The notes under the pieces: generated by a model
The model's input: only the letters and a program-made list of their open reading frames with translations
Told to the model about the DNA's origin: nothing
Database searches by the model: none
NCBI RefSeq assembly: GCF_042466455.1
Contig: NZ_JAXHCI010000002.1
Location: forward strand, 1,470,834 to 1,502,833
Direction of reading: 5' to 3'
Source: Loktanella sp. R86503
GTDB taxonomy: Bacteria > Pseudomonadota > Alphaproteobacteria > Rhodobacterales > Rhodobacteraceae
DNA length: 32,000 nt
Translations under genes and position numbers: made by a program
Shown here: positions 15,740-27,368 of the stretch, piece after piece
Position numbering within the stretch: position 1 is the first letter of the stretch
How the letters are laid out: each line of letters begins with the position of its first letter

Positions 15740-16390
15740 ATGGAAAACATTACCTTCAATCTGGCGACCCTTCACCGGCACGGCACTGCGTTTTACGATT
15801 TCCTGCGCCTGCGCAAACGGTTTTTCGTCGACACGCTTGGTTGGAACATCCCCCATGATGACCAGGTCGAGATGGATCAATACGACAATCCCAACGCCTG
15901 GTATTCACTGGTCATGCGCGATGGTGCCGTCATCGGCGGCGCGCGTGCGATGGCGACAACGGCGACCTGGGGCAGCCACAGCTATATGCTGCGCGATGCG
16001 GTGCATGGAAAGCTGATCGACATACCGCCGCAGGTGCTGGGGCAAGATATCGTCAGCGCGCAGACGTGGGAATGCACCCGGCTTGTCATGTCGGAAAGGG
16101 TTGAAACGCAGGCGGATCGCAGCGTCTGCCTGACCATGATCGTGCAGGGGCTGATCAACGTCGCGGCCGATCAGGGGGCGACGCAGCTGATGTCACTGTC
16201 GCCGCTGGCCCTGATGCGGGCGCTGCGGCAGCTGGGGTTCGGTGCGCAGCGGATCGGTGCGCCCTATACCAATGACAATGATGGCCGGCGCTATGCGGTG
16301 CTGTCGATGCCGGTGATCCATGGCATTGCCGCCATCCCGCGCGATGCGCGCCGGGCGCAGGCGCAGCCCGTGCATGCGCCGATCCGTTAA
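15740..16390 (+). CDS. luxI: Acyl-homoserine-lactone synthase (LuxI family)
   Basis: 216 aa with LRLRKRFFVDTLGWNIP...EMDQYD...WECTRLVM, the LuxI-family N-terminal signature. An AAGGAG RBS is at 15726-15731. Confidence 0.9.
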   Translation: MENITFNLATLHRHGTAFYDFLRLRKRFFVDTLGWNIPHDDQVEMDQYDNPNAWYSLVMRDGAVIGGARAMATTATWGSHSYMLRDAVHGKLIDIPPQVLGQDIVSAQTWECTRLVMSERVETQADRSVCLTMIVQGLINVAADQGATQLMSLSPLALMRALRQLGFGAQRIGAPYTNDNDGRRYAVLSMPVIHGIAAIPRDARRAQAQPVHAPIR

Positions 16391-16394
16391 CGCA

Positions 16395-16434
16395 ATATGG
16401 CCGGGCGCTGTCTTGCAGGCCCGGCCATATTTTC
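16395..16434. terminator. Bidirectional terminator between luxI and purB
   Basis: 12-bp perfect stem ATATGGCCGGGC (16395-16406) / GCCCGGCCATAT (16419-16430), followed by TTTC. Confidence 0.65.
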
Positions 16435-16450
16435 ACGCCGTCAGGGGCGA

Positions 16451-17758
16451 TCAGTCCTTGCCGAACACGCGGGCAAAGATCGTGTCGACATGCTTGGTGT
16501 GATAACCGATGTCGAACTTTTCCTCGATCTGTTCCGGCGTCAGGGCGGCGGTCACATCGGCGTCGGCCAGCAGCTCTGTTTTAAAGTCGGCCCCTTTTTC
16601 CCAAACCTTCATCGCGTTGCGCTGCACCAGCTTGTAGCTGTCCTCGCGGCTGACGCCGGCTTGGGTCAGGGCCAGAAGCACGCGCTGCGACATGACCAGA
16701 CCGCGGAACTTGTTCATGTTCGCCAGCATGGTTTCGGGATAGATCACCAGCTTTTCGATCAGGCCGGCCAGACGGTTCAGCGCGAAATCTAGGGTGACGG
16801 TGGTGTCTGGGCCGATGGTCCGCTCGACAGACGAATGCGAGATATCACGCTCGTGCCACAGGGTGACGTTTTCCAGCGCGGGGGTCACGGACATGCGCAC
16901 CAGACGGGCCAGACCGGTCAGGTTTTCAGTCAGCACCGGGTTACGCTTGTGCGGCATCGCGGACGATCCCTTTTGACCGGGGGAAAAGAACTCCTCGGCC
17001 TCAAGCACTTCGGTGCGCTGCATGTGGCGCACTTCGGTGGCGATGTTTTCCATCGAGGATGCGATCACACCCAGCGTGGCAAAGAACATTGCGTGACGAT
17101 CGCGCGGAATGACCTGCGTGCTGATCGGCTCTGGCGTCAGGCCCAGCTGCTTGCAGACTTGCTCTTCGACAGCCGGATCAATGTTGGCAAAGGTGCCGAC
17201 AGCGCCAGAGATTGCGCCGGTCGCGATTTCAGCGCGGGCGTTGACCAGACGGGCGCGGCCCCGGTCCATTTCGGCATAAAAGCGGGCAAAGGTCAGGCCC
17301 ATCGTCGTCGGTTCGGCATGGATACCGTGGCTGCGGCCGATACGGACGGTGTCCTTATGTTCATAGGCACGCTTTTTCAGGGCGGCCAGCACGCGGTCCA
17401 TATCGGCCAGCAGGATGTCGGCGGCGCGCACCAGCTGGACGTTGAACGTGGTGTCCAGCACATCAGAGGATGTCATGCCTTGGTGCACAAAGCGTGCCTC
17501 GTCTGCTCCGATATGTTCGGACAGGTGCGTCAGGAATGCGATGACGTCGTGCTTGGTGACGGCCTCGATTTCGTCGATGCGGGCGACGTCAAAGGTGACG
17601 TCTTTTGCCTTCCAGACGGCATCGGCATTTTCGCGCGGGATCACGCCCAGATCGGCCATGGCATCGCAGGCATGTGCCTCGATCTCGTACCAGATTTTGT
17701 ATTTCGTGGCCGGGTCCCAGATGGCAACCATTTCGGGACGGGAATAACGCGGGATCAT
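16451..17758 (-). CDS. purB: Adenylosuccinate lyase
   Basis: 435 aa starting MIPRYSRPEM...; it has the fumarate-lyase signature GSSAMPHKRNP. Confidence 0.95.
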   Translation of the reverse strand: MIPRYSRPEMVAIWDPATKYKIWYEIEAHACDAMADLGVIPRENADAVWKAKDVTFDVARIDEIEAVTKHDVIAFLTHLSEHIGADEARFVHQGMTSSDVLDTTFNVQLVRAADILLADMDRVLAALKKRAYEHKDTVRIGRSHGIHAEPTTMGLTFARFYAEMDRGRARLVNARAEIATGAISGAVGTFANIDPAVEEQVCKQLGLTPEPISTQVIPRDRHAMFFATLGVIASSMENIATEVRHMQRTEVLEAEEFFSPGQKGSSAMPHKRNPVLTENLTGLARLVRMSVTPALENVTLWHERDISHSSVERTIGPDTTVTLDFALNRLAGLIEKLVIYPETMLANMNKFRGLVMSQRVLLALTQAGVSREDSYKLVQRNAMKVWEKGADFKTELLADADVTAALTPEQIEEKFDIGYHTKHVDTIFARVFGKD

Positions 17759-17840
17759 GGGCAGAACCTTTCGGGATTGGCAGCGGCGCTGGGGGCGTCA
17801 TACTGGGACAAGGCCAGAATGAAAAGAAGCGGAGGCTGCC

Positions 17841-18278
17841 GTGACGGAAAGCAAATGGCTGAATGGTCGCTCTCGGGACGATTTTTTGGGCGATTGGCTG
17901 CTGACACGCCGGATAGAGGACCGCCGCGCGGGGCAGGCGGGCCTGTTTGAAGGCACAGCGCGTTTCGTGGCGGACGGCGACAGTGGCGCGATCTATGACG
18001 AATCGGGAATGTTGCAGATCGGCAGCGCCGCCCCGCTTAAGGCCGAGCGGCGCTATCTGTACGACTTTTCCGTCGGTCTGATCACGATCCGCTTTGCCGA
18101 CGGGCGCGATTTCGTCCAATTTAACCCCGCATCGACCCACGAGGCTGTGCACGCCTGCGATCCCGACACCTACCGCGCGCGCCACGATTTTAGCCGCTGG
18201 CCGCAATGGCACGCCGTCTGGACCGTCACCGGCCCGCGCAAGGATTACACGATGCGCTCGCTTTGGCAGCGCCGCTAG
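17841..18278 (+). CDS. Hypothetical protein, DUF6314-like
   Basis: 145 aa with a GTG start preceded by GGAGG (17831-17835). The FLGDWLL.R.I.D...G.F.G.A.F pattern is recalled as DUF6314. The family call is tentative. Confidence 0.65.
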   Translation: MTESKWLNGRSRDDFLGDWLLTRRIEDRRAGQAGLFEGTARFVADGDSGAIYDESGMLQIGSAAPLKAERRYLYDFSVGLITIRFADGRDFVQFNPASTHEAVHACDPDTYRARHDFSRWPQWHAVWTVTGPRKDYTMRSLWQRR

Positions 18279-18294
18279 GGCGCTGCCGAACGGA

Positions 18295-18897
18295 TTAGCG
18301 CGCAGATCCGATAAAACCACCCGCATAAGCCGCCGTGTCATTTGCGCCGTTGAACGCGCCGATGATACGGGTGTTGTCCGCGCGGCCCTGCAGATCGCCA
18401 GTTACGCCGCGCCACGTTGTGGTGCCTGTAAAGGCGGGGCCAGTGGCATTCATCTGGCCGGAAACCTGCAAGCCATCGCCGCTGCCGGTCACGCGGCCGG
18501 TGCCAAGGGCGATGTTGATCGGCAGGCTGCCCTCTGCCTCTGTGACTGTCGTGCTGCTGTTGGTGTCGCGCACTTCGCTAAGCTGAAAATCAGCCGTGAA
18601 ACGGGCGGTGCCGGTGGTGGGCCGCGTTGTGATGCCGGCAGGATTGATCAGGGCAGAACGTGCCGAAATCGTGTTTCCTTCGGATTCGACCAGATAGGCA
18701 TAGCCCGATTTGGTCTGACCAATGTCGCCAACTGACAAGGCCCCGCCAGAGGCGTCATCTGCAGTGGCAGAGCCGGTGATCACGCCCTGCGCGTTGACCG
18801 CAGCAAAGCCAGCCGCCGTTGTGATGGCATCGGTGCTAGAGCTGCCGCATGCCGCGAGGGACAAAAAAGGAAGCGAGAAAAGCGCGCGAGAGAGCAT
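18295..18897 (-). CDS. Lipoprotein with TbpB/fHbp-like C-terminal beta-barrel features
   Basis: Signal peptide plus lipobox (LSLAAC). The composition is G/T/S-rich beta-strand type. The C-terminal ...AYAGGFIGSAR resembles transferrin-binding-protein-like surface lipoprotein barrels. The family call is tentative. Confidence 0.75.
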   Translation of the reverse strand: MLSRALFSLPFLSLAACGSSSTDAITTAAGFAAVNAQGVITGSATADDASGGALSVGDIGQTKSGYAYLVESEGNTISARSALINPAGITTRPTTGTARFTADFQLSEVRDTNSSTTVTEAEGSLPINIALGTGRVTGSGDGLQVSGQMNATGPAFTGTTTWRGVTGDLQGRADNTRIIGAFNGANDTAAYAGGFIGSAR

Positions 18898-19042
18898 TTG
18901 AAATGACTTTCAGGTTGGTTGCATCCGTTATCTAGCCGAAGTTTTCGCCCATCGGTGCAATATCATCGGCGACGGACTGCGCGGCCCATGCGCTGTGGCT
19001 GCGAATACACATCCGGTCATGTCCAAACGGCCCTTTGAACGC

Positions 19043-19070
19043 AAAAAGGGCACCCCGATGGGGTGCCCTT
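19043..19070 (-). terminator. Rho-independent terminator of glnA
   Basis: 11-bp perfect stem AAGGGCACCCC (19046-19056) / GGGGTGCCCTT (19060-19070). On the minus strand it is followed by a T-run (the plus-strand A-run at 19043-19047). It ends 22 nt past the glnA stop. Confidence 0.7.
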
Positions 19071-19092
19071 CGTGGCCGTAATCCGTGATGGA

Positions 19093-20511
19093 TTAGCAGC
19101 TGTAGTACATCTTGTACTCGATCGGGTGCGGTGTGTGCTCGTAGGCGTAAACCTCTTCCCACTTCAGACCGATGTAGCCTTCCAGCTGGCCTTTGGTGAA
19201 CACGTCGCCAGCAAGCAGGAACTCGTGGTCCTTCTCCAGCTCTTCCAGGGCTTCACGCAGCGAGCCGCAGACGGTGGGGATTGCGGCCAGTTCTTCTGGC
19301 GGCAGATCGTAAAGGTCTTTGTCGGACGCGGGGCCCGGATCGATCTTGTTCTTGATACCGTCAAGGCCGGCCATCAGCAGTGCAGCAAAGCACAGGTAGG
19401 GGTTGGCTGCGGGATCGGGGAAACGTGCCTCGACGCGCTTTGCCTTGGGGGATTCGGACCATGGAATACGCACGCAGCCCGAACGGTTACGCGCAGAGAA
19501 CGCACGCAGAACCGGGGCTTCGAAGCCGGGGATCAGACGCTTGTAGCTGTTCGTGGTCGGGTTGGTGATCGCGTTCAACGCCTTGGCGTGCTTCAGGATA
19601 CCGCCGATGAAATACAGCGCTTCCTGGCTCAGGTCAGCATATTTGTCGCCTGCGAACAGCGGCTTGCCGTCTTTCCAGATCGACATGTTGACGTGCATAC
19701 CGGTGCCGTTGTCGCCGGACATCGGCTTTGGCATGAAGGTTGCCGACTTGCCGTAGGCCTGGGCCACGTTGTGGATGACGTACTTGTACTTCTGGATCTC
19801 GTCAGCTTGCTTGGTCAGCGTGCCGAAAATCAGGCCAAGTTCGTGCTGGCAGGATGCAACTTCGTGGTGGTGCTTGTCGACCTTCATGCCCATGCGCTTC
19901 ATGGTGGACAGCATTTCGCCGCGCATGTCCTGCGCATCGTCGATCGGGTTGACGGGGAAGTAGCCGCCTTTGACGCCCGGACGGTGACCGGTGTTGCCCA
20001 CGCCGGTTTCCGAACGGAAATCGGTGTCGGTGTTCCATGCGCCGTCGATAGCATCGACCTGGAAGGACACCTTGTTCATCGAAACGCTGTAACGCACATC
20101 GTCAAAGATGAAGAATTCGGCTTCGGGGCCGCAATAGAACGTATCGCCAATACCCGAGGACTTCAGATAGGCTTCGGCCTTTTCTGCAGTGCCGCGCGGG
20201 TCGCGGTCATAGGGTTCCATCGTGTCGGGCTCTGCCACGGTGCAGTGCACGCAGATGGTTTTTTCAGCGTAGAACGGGTCGACATAGGCGCTGTCCACGT
20301 CAAGAACGAGCTTCATGTCGGACTTGTCGATGGATTTCCAGCCGGCGATGGACGAGCCGTCGAACATGAAGCCTTCTTCGACGAAGTCTTCGTCCACCAG
20401 ATCCGCCACGATGGTGACGTGCTGCAGTTTGCCTTTAGGATCGGTGAAGCGGATATCGACGTAGTCGGCCTCTTCATCCTTGATCATTTTTAGAAAATCT
20501 TTGGTGCTCAT
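19093..20511 (-). CDS. glnA: Glutamine synthetase, type I
   Basis: 472 aa with GSI motifs ([25 protein letters not shown], and the adenylylation-loop region NLYDLPPEE equivalent, DLYDLPPEE). Confidence 0.97.
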   Translation of the reverse strand: MSTKDFLKMIKDEEADYVDIRFTDPKGKLQHVTIVADLVDEDFVEEGFMFDGSSIAGWKSIDKSDMKLVLDVDSAYVDPFYAEKTICVHCTVAEPDTMEPYDRDPRGTAEKAEAYLKSSGIGDTFYCGPEAEFFIFDDVRYSVSMNKVSFQVDAIDGAWNTDTDFRSETGVGNTGHRPGVKGGYFPVNPIDDAQDMRGEMLSTMKRMGMKVDKHHHEVASCQHELGLIFGTLTKQADEIQKYKYVIHNVAQAYGKSATFMPKPMSGDNGTGMHVNMSIWKDGKPLFAGDKYADLSQEALYFIGGILKHAKALNAITNPTTNSYKRLIPGFEAPVLRAFSARNRSGCVRIPWSESPKAKRVEARFPDPAANPYLCFAALLMAGLDGIKNKIDPGPASDKDLYDLPPEELAAIPTVCGSLREALEELEKDHEFLLAGDVFTKGQLEGYIGLKWEEVYAYEHTPHPIEYKMYYSC

Positions 20512-20562
20512 CGAGAGAGGTCCTTTTCAGTCTTGATCGTGTGGTGGGTTGCGACGCTGCGC

Positions 20563-22593
<2,031 letters not shown>

Positions 22594-22596
22594 AAA

Positions 22597-22623
22597 AGGC
22601 CAAAGCTGCCAGGGCTTTGACCT
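22597..22623. terminator. Putative bidirectional terminator (nnr / Hint gene)
   Basis: Stem AGGCCAAAGC (22597-22606) / GCTTTGACCT (22614-22623) pairs at 9 of 10 positions. An A-run precedes it and TT follows it. Confidence 0.5.
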
Positions 22624-22650
22624 TTGAAGTTCATGCATCACCTGAAGAGT

Positions 22651-23118
22651 TCAGACAGCGGCGGTGCCCATTTCGATACCGTCAGCATAGACAATGTGCT
22701 GGCGATCGAATGTCAGGGTGTAGACTGTCATCTCGCAGGCGTCCTGCACCGCAAGGAACTCGCCGTCGACAAGGCGCTGCGCCTCGATCATGGCGGCGGG
22801 GCTGCCGAACAGCGCCTCTGCGCGCCAATCGCGGATATGGATCTGGGTGCCGGGGGCGACAAGCATGTCGCGGTCGGGGCGGGTATGGCCAAGGCTGCCG
22901 GCCTTGATGCGGATTGGCGCAACGCGCAGGGTTTCGGCGGTGATCGATCGCAGAACCGCAGTGCCGCTGTCGCGGGTAATGATCCGGGTGCCGGGCGTCA
23001 GGTCGTCGACCCGCATCTCTCCGTTTAAGGTGAGGATGGTGGTATCGGCGCATACACCCGACGTCAGTGTAACGGCTGATTTGGCGAGTGTATCGCGAGT
23101 CATTGTCCCGGTCTGCAT
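22651..23118 (-). CDS. Small stand-alone Hint (Hedgehog/intein-like) domain protein
   Basis: 155 aa from the ATG at 23118 (alternative ATG at 23103). After about 22 residues it reads CADTTILTLNGEMRVDDLTPGTRIITRDSG, a Hint N-terminal block with the nucleophilic Cys. The C-terminal block is YTLTFDRQHIVYADGIEMGT. Confidence 0.8.
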   Translation of the reverse strand: MQTGTMTRDTLAKSAVTLTSGVCADTTILTLNGEMRVDDLTPGTRIITRDSGTAVLRSITAETLRVAPIRIKAGSLGHTRPDRDMLVAPGTQIHIRDWRAEALFGSPAAMIEAQRLVDGEFLAVQDACEMTVYTLTFDRQHIVYADGIEMGTAAV

Positions 23119-23291
23119 GGCGTATTTCCCGCTCTTGCTAATGTCTGCCTCAATGTGTTGACGAGAATTACGGCGCAAAAAGGGCAGACTTCCACCTTTT
23201 TTACGATGACGATTTGCACTCGCATCCCTGTGTGACCTTTGATAGACACCGCGCAAAGCCGGGGGTGAATGGCATTCGCCCCTGTTTTAAT

Positions 23292-23375
23292 GCGGGTGTG
23301 GCGGAATGGTAGACGCACCAGATTTAGGTTCTGGCGCCGCAAGGCGTGGAGGTTCGAGTCCTCTCACCCGCACCA
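23292..23375 (+). tRNA. tRNA-Leu (anticodon UAG)
   Basis: 84 nt folded by hand. Acceptor stem GCGGGTG/CACCCGC; anticodon stem CCAGA/TCTGG with loop TTTAGGT. It has a long variable arm (CGCCGCAAGGCGT), T-loop TTCGAGT and an encoded CCA. Confidence 0.93.
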
Positions 23376-23400
23376 AGATTTATAGACAGAAGGAAAACCC

Positions 23401-24735
23401 ATGCAGGTCAAAGAGACCCAGAACGAAGGCCTCAAGCGCGGATACACCATCACGGTGACGGCAGCTGAACTTGACGACAAAGTGGTCGGCAAGCTGAAAG
23501 AAGCGCAGCCCGAAGTCGAGATGAAGGGTTTCCGCAAGGGCAAGGTCCCGATGGCCATGATGCGCAAGCAGTTCGGCCCGCGCCTGATCGGCGAAGCCAT
23601 GCAGGAAGCCATCGACGGTGCGATGAACGACCACCTGACCACATCCGGCGACCGCCCCGCGGCCCAGCCAGAGATGAAGATGGCCAATGAGGACTGGAAA
23701 GAGGGCGACGATGTTGTCGTCAACGTGTCCTATGAAAAGCTGCCTGACGTGCCGGAAACCGACCTGAGCAAGGTTAAGCTGGAGCGTATGGTCGTCAAGG
23801 CAGACGATTCGGCTGTCGAAGAGGCGCTGAACAATCTGGCCGAAAGCCCGCAGGCTGTGGCCTATGAGGCCAAGGACGGCGCGGCAGAAGACAAAGATCA
23901 GGTCGTGATCGACTTCGTCGGCAAGATCGACGGCGAAGCCTTTGAAGGTGGCGCTGGCGACGATTATCCGCTGGTTCTGGGCTCCAACAGCTTTATCCCC
24001 GGGTTCGAAGATCAGCTGGTCGGCACCAAGGCTGGCAAAGAAAAGGCCGTTACGGTCAGCTTCCCCGCCGAATATCAGGCTGCCCATCTGGCCGGTAAAG
24101 AGGCCGTCTTTGACGTGACCGTCAAGGAAGTGCGCGCGGCTAATGCGCCCGCAATCGACGACGAGCTGGCCAAGAAGTTCGGCGCAGAAGATCTGGACGC
24201 CCTAAAGGGCCAGATCCGTGAGCGTCTGGAAGCTGAATACAACGGTGCATCCCGTGCTATCGCCAAGCGCAAGTTGCTGGACGAGCTGGACACGCTGGTG
24301 TCTTTCGATCTGCCGGAGTCGCTGGTCGAAGCTGAGGCAAACCAGATCGCGCACCAGCTGTGGCACGAGGAAAACCCTGATGTTCAGGGCCACGATCACC
24401 CAGAAATCAACCCGACGGACGAGCACAAGACGCTTGCACAGCGCCGGGTGAAGCTGGGTCTGCTGCTGGCCGATATCGGTCAGAAGGCAGAGGTGAAGGT
24501 CACCGATCAGGAAATGACCCAAGCGATCATGAACCAGGCACGTCAGTACCCGGGTCAGGAACGTCAGTTCTTTGAATTCGTGCAGCAAAACGCCCAGTTC
24601 CGCCAGCAGCTGCAGGCCCCGATGTTCGAAGACAAGGTCGTTGACCACATCTTTGAAAAGGCGACTGTCGCTGAAAAGACCGTCACCAAAGAAGAGCTGC
24701 AGACCGCTGTTGAGGCGCTGGAAAGCGAAGACTGA
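23401..24735 (+). CDS. tig: Trigger factor
   Basis: 444 aa starting [14 protein letters not shown]...; the central FKBP-type PPIase region reads [38 protein letters not shown]. An AAGGAAAA-type RBS precedes it. Confidence 0.95.
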   Translation: MQVKETQNEGLKRGYTITVTAAELDDKVVGKLKEAQPEVEMKGFRKGKVPMAMMRKQFGPRLIGEAMQEAIDGAMNDHLTTSGDRPAAQPEMKMANEDWKEGDDVVVNVSYEKLPDVPETDLSKVKLERMVVKADDSAVEEALNNLAESPQAVAYEAKDGAAEDKDQVVIDFVGKIDGEAFEGGAGDDYPLVLGSNSFIPGFEDQLVGTKAGKEKAVTVSFPAEYQAAHLAGKEAVFDVTVKEVRAANAPAIDDELAKKFGAEDLDALKGQIRERLEAEYNGASRAIAKRKLLDELDTLVSFDLPESLVEAEANQIAHQLWHEENPDVQGHDHPEINPTDEHKTLAQRRVKLGLLLADIGQKAEVKVTDQEMTQAIMNQARQYPGQERQFFEFVQQNAQFRQQLQAPMFEDKVVDHIFEKATVAEKTVTKEELQTAVEALESED

Positions 24736-24766
24736 ACATAGCCCTTCTTTCACGAAGGCTTGTTGG

Positions 24767-24796
24767 AATGGCACCCCGGATTGGGGTGCCATTTTT
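24767..24796 (+). terminator. Rho-independent terminator of tig
   Basis: 11-bp perfect stem AATGGCACCCC (24767-24777) / GGGGTGCCATT (24783-24793), running into TTTTT. Confidence 0.75.
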
Positions 24797-24884
24797 CGTT
24801 TGCCCTTGTTGCCGCAGGGGCAATGGCCCATAGTTAGGGGAACGGTGGCCTCTTGGCCGCGTCAATTCCATAAGATCAGGCCCG

Positions 24885-25376
24885 ATGATGTCCCTATGGC
24901 GCATTGCAGTCCTTGGCGTCGTGCTTGCTGCAACACAGTTTGCAGGTAGTGCGATTGCCTGTCCGAACCCCGACATGGCGGCCGCGCGGCAGATCAGCAG
25001 CAACGGGGCCGCGCTGCGGCTGGGTCAAAGCCGCCGCGTCTTTGCCGGTGGTAAAGCAGGGTTGGATGGCTGCGCCCATATTGCCCTGCCGCACATACCT
25101 ACCGCGCAGTTCAACGACGCGCCCGGGTTTAGCGCGGACTTAAGCGGGATGATCGGCCTTGCGATGGAAATCCGTGCCGAAAGCGATTGCGCGACGGCGC
25201 TTTTGGTGCGGACCGATGGCGGGCACTGGTATTTTGACGATCATGGCCGGGGGGCTGGCCAGCCGCGCCTTATCTTGCGGCGGCCGGGCAGCGGTGAAAT
25301 CACCGTCTGGTTGGGCACGCCGGATGGCCGGCAATGCCGGGCCAGATTGAATTTGCAGACCTACGCCGGACAGTAG
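24885..25376 (+). CDS. Secreted hypothetical protein (Cys-containing, no recognised family)
   Basis: 163 aa with a signal-peptide-like N-terminus (MMSLWRIAVLGVVLAATQFAGSAIA). The mature part has 4 Cys. No motif recognised. Confidence 0.65.
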   Translation: MMSLWRIAVLGVVLAATQFAGSAIACPNPDMAAARQISSNGAALRLGQSRRVFAGGKAGLDGCAHIALPHIPTAQFNDAPGFSADLSGMIGLAMEIRAESDCATALLVRTDGGHWYFDDHGRGAGQPRLILRRPGSGEITVWLGTPDGRQCRARLNLQTYAGQ

Positions 25377-25404
25377 CGGGCCACCCGCAGGGCGGATGGC
25401 CCGC
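25376..25404. terminator. Hairpin between convergent genes (putative bidirectional terminator)
   Basis: 13-bp stem GCGGGCCACCCGC (25376-25388) / GCGGATGGCCCGC (25392-25404) with one mismatch and a 3-nt loop. The flanking T-run is weak. Confidence 0.55.
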
Positions 25405-25409
25405 TTGAT

Positions 25410-27368
25410 TTACAGAACCATACGATAAAGCGCGAAACCTTCGGGCGTGTCGCCCGCGGGTTCGATGGAAACGCTTTCGACTGCGCTGGCATATTGGGCC
25501 GCGTTGGGGCCGGTTTCGAACAGCGCCGTCGTGCCGGGCATCGGTTTGAAGGACCAGTTCGCATCAGCGTTGGGGCTGATGGTGCCCTGATCGACGATGT
25601 AGCGCACGATCACGTCGCGGTTGGTATCGGGACCTTCAAAGACGATTGTGCTACCATCAGCGCCAGGAAAGCTGCCGCCGCCGCTGGCGCGGTAGTTGTT
25701 AGTGGCAACGATAAATTCTGCATCTGGATCAATGGGTTCGCCGTTGAACTTCAAGTCAATGATGCGGTTTGCATCCGCAGCGACGACGGCACCGTCACGA
25801 TCAAATCGGGACGGTTGGCTTAGGTCGATTTGATAGGTGACGCCGTCGATCACGTCGAAGTTGTAGCTGGGGAACTCTGCGTTCAGCAGTGGCGCGTCCT
25901 GCGCGCCTTCTTCGATCTGGTTGAACATGCCGGCGCTGCGTTCCAGCCAATCCTTGACCTGCGCACCGGTGATTTTCACGGCGCGGACGGTGTTGGGATA
26001 AAGGTAAAGGTCAGCGACGTTCTTGATCGCGACATCACCCTTTGGCACGTCGGTGTAATATTCCGGCCCTTGCCGGCCACCAGCCTTGAACGGTGCAGCG
26101 GCGGAAAGGATCGGAAGCCCTTCGTTTTCAGTGCCTTGCATCATCTGCTTAATGTACCAAGTCTGGGCGTTGGACACGATCTGGACAGAAGGGTCATCCG
26201 CAACCAGCGCAAAATAGCTGTAAAGCGGCGCATCGGTCTGGCCGACGGCGCGGCGGACATAGGCCAGCGTTTCGTCGTGTTCCTGCTGCACGGCGTCGAG
26301 CACCTTTTGATCGCTTTCGACCAAAGCGGTAATGCTGCGATCTTCGTTGCGCTGGGAAATCGGGCGCGCTTCGGATGTGTGGCTGACGATTTTCCAATCG
26401 CTGCCGTCGCGTTCCAGCATCAGGTCGATCAGGCCCATATGACTGCCCCAGAAGCCGCCCATGACTGCCGGTTTGCCCATCAGCGTGCCGGCGGCGACGT
26501 CGACACCGTCAAAGCCGTCATAGGACGAGGAGGGGAAGACCAGGTGGCTATGGCCGGTCATAACCGCATCGATTCCATCAACCCCTGCCAGCGGGATCGA
26601 GGCATTTTCCATGCCATCCTCTGCCGTTGCCGCGCCGATGCCTGAGTGGGACAAGGCGATGATGATTTGCGCGCCTTGTTCCTTCATCTGCGGCACGTAA
26701 GCCTGCGCGGTGGCAACGATATCGCGGGTTTGCACTTTACCGTCCAGATGCTGGCGGTCCCAGTTCATGATCTGCGGCGGCACAAAGCCGATCAGGCCGA
26801 TCTTGATAGGGTGCTTTTCGCCAGCGCCGTCTGTCAGTTCGCGGTCAATGATGACGTAGGGCGCAATCAGCGTGTCATCGTCCAGCGGGGTCGCGCCCAT
26901 GGTTTTCACAACGTTTGCGCTGACCACTGGATAATTTGCCCCAGCTAAAGATTTCGTTAGGAAATCGAGGCCATAGTTAAATTCGTGGTTGCCCAAGGTG
27001 GATGCGTCGAAGCCCAGCGTATTCATCGCAGCGATCACGGGGTGCATGTCGCCTTCTTTCATGCCGCGCTCGTAAGCGATGTAATCGCCCATCGGGTTGC
27101 CCTGAAGGAAGTCGCCGTTGTCGAGCAGAAGGGAGTTTGTCGATTCGGCGCGGGTGTTTTCGATGATAGAGGCTGTTCGCGCTAGGCCGACCGTGTCGAC
27201 AGGCTGGTCCGCGTAATAGTCATAGGGAAAGACATGCACGTGCAGGTCGGTGGTTTCCATCAGACGCAGGTGGACCTGATTGGCCTGCGCGCGTGCTGAA
27301 AACGGGTGCAGTGCGATAAAGCCAGCGGTAGAGGCAAGGAAGGACCGGCGGGACAGGGTGAATGACAT
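25410..27368 (-). CDS. cpdB: Bifunctional 2',3'-cyclic-nucleotide 2'-phosphodiesterase / 3'-nucleotidase (CpdB-like)
   Basis: The ATG at 27368 gives a Tat-type signal (MSFTLSRRSFLASTAGFIAL). It has metallophosphoesterase motifs (DLHVHV, DNGDFLQGNP, GNHEFNYG, GHSH) and a 5'-nucleotidase C-terminal domain. Length 652 aa. Confidence 0.9.
   Translation of the reverse strand: MSFTLSRRSFLASTAGFIALHPFSARAQANQVHLRLMETTDLHVHVFPYDYYADQPVDTVGLARTASIIENTRAESTNSLLLDNGDFLQGNPMGDYIAYERGMKEGDMHPVIAAMNTLGFDASTLGNHEFNYGLDFLTKSLAGANYPVVSANVVKTMGATPLDDDTLIAPYVIIDRELTDGAGEKHPIKIGLIGFVPPQIMNWDRQHLDGKVQTRDIVATAQAYVPQMKEQGAQIIIALSHSGIGAATAEDGMENASIPLAGVDGIDAVMTGHSHLVFPSSSYDGFDGVDVAAGTLMGKPAVMGGFWGSHMGLIDLMLERDGSDWKIVSHTSEARPISQRNEDRSITALVESDQKVLDAVQQEHDETLAYVRRAVGQTDAPLYSYFALVADDPSVQIVSNAQTWYIKQMMQGTENEGLPILSAAAPFKAGGRQGPEYYTDVPKGDVAIKNVADLYLYPNTVRAVKITGAQVKDWLERSAGMFNQIEEGAQDAPLLNAEFPSYNFDVIDGVTYQIDLSQPSRFDRDGAVVAADANRIIDLKFNGEPIDPDAEFIVATNNYRASGGGSFPGADGSTIVFEGPDTNRDVIVRYIVDQGTISPNADANWSFKPMPGTTALFETGPNAAQYASAVESVSIEPAGDTPEGFALYRMVL

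Noticed and set aside
23119-23400. tRNA-Leu as the attachment site of a genomic island, given the Hint gene next to it.
   Set aside because: I found no integrase, no transposase and no direct repeat of the tRNA 3' end elsewhere in the window. The flanking genes (nnr, tig) are core housekeeping genes.
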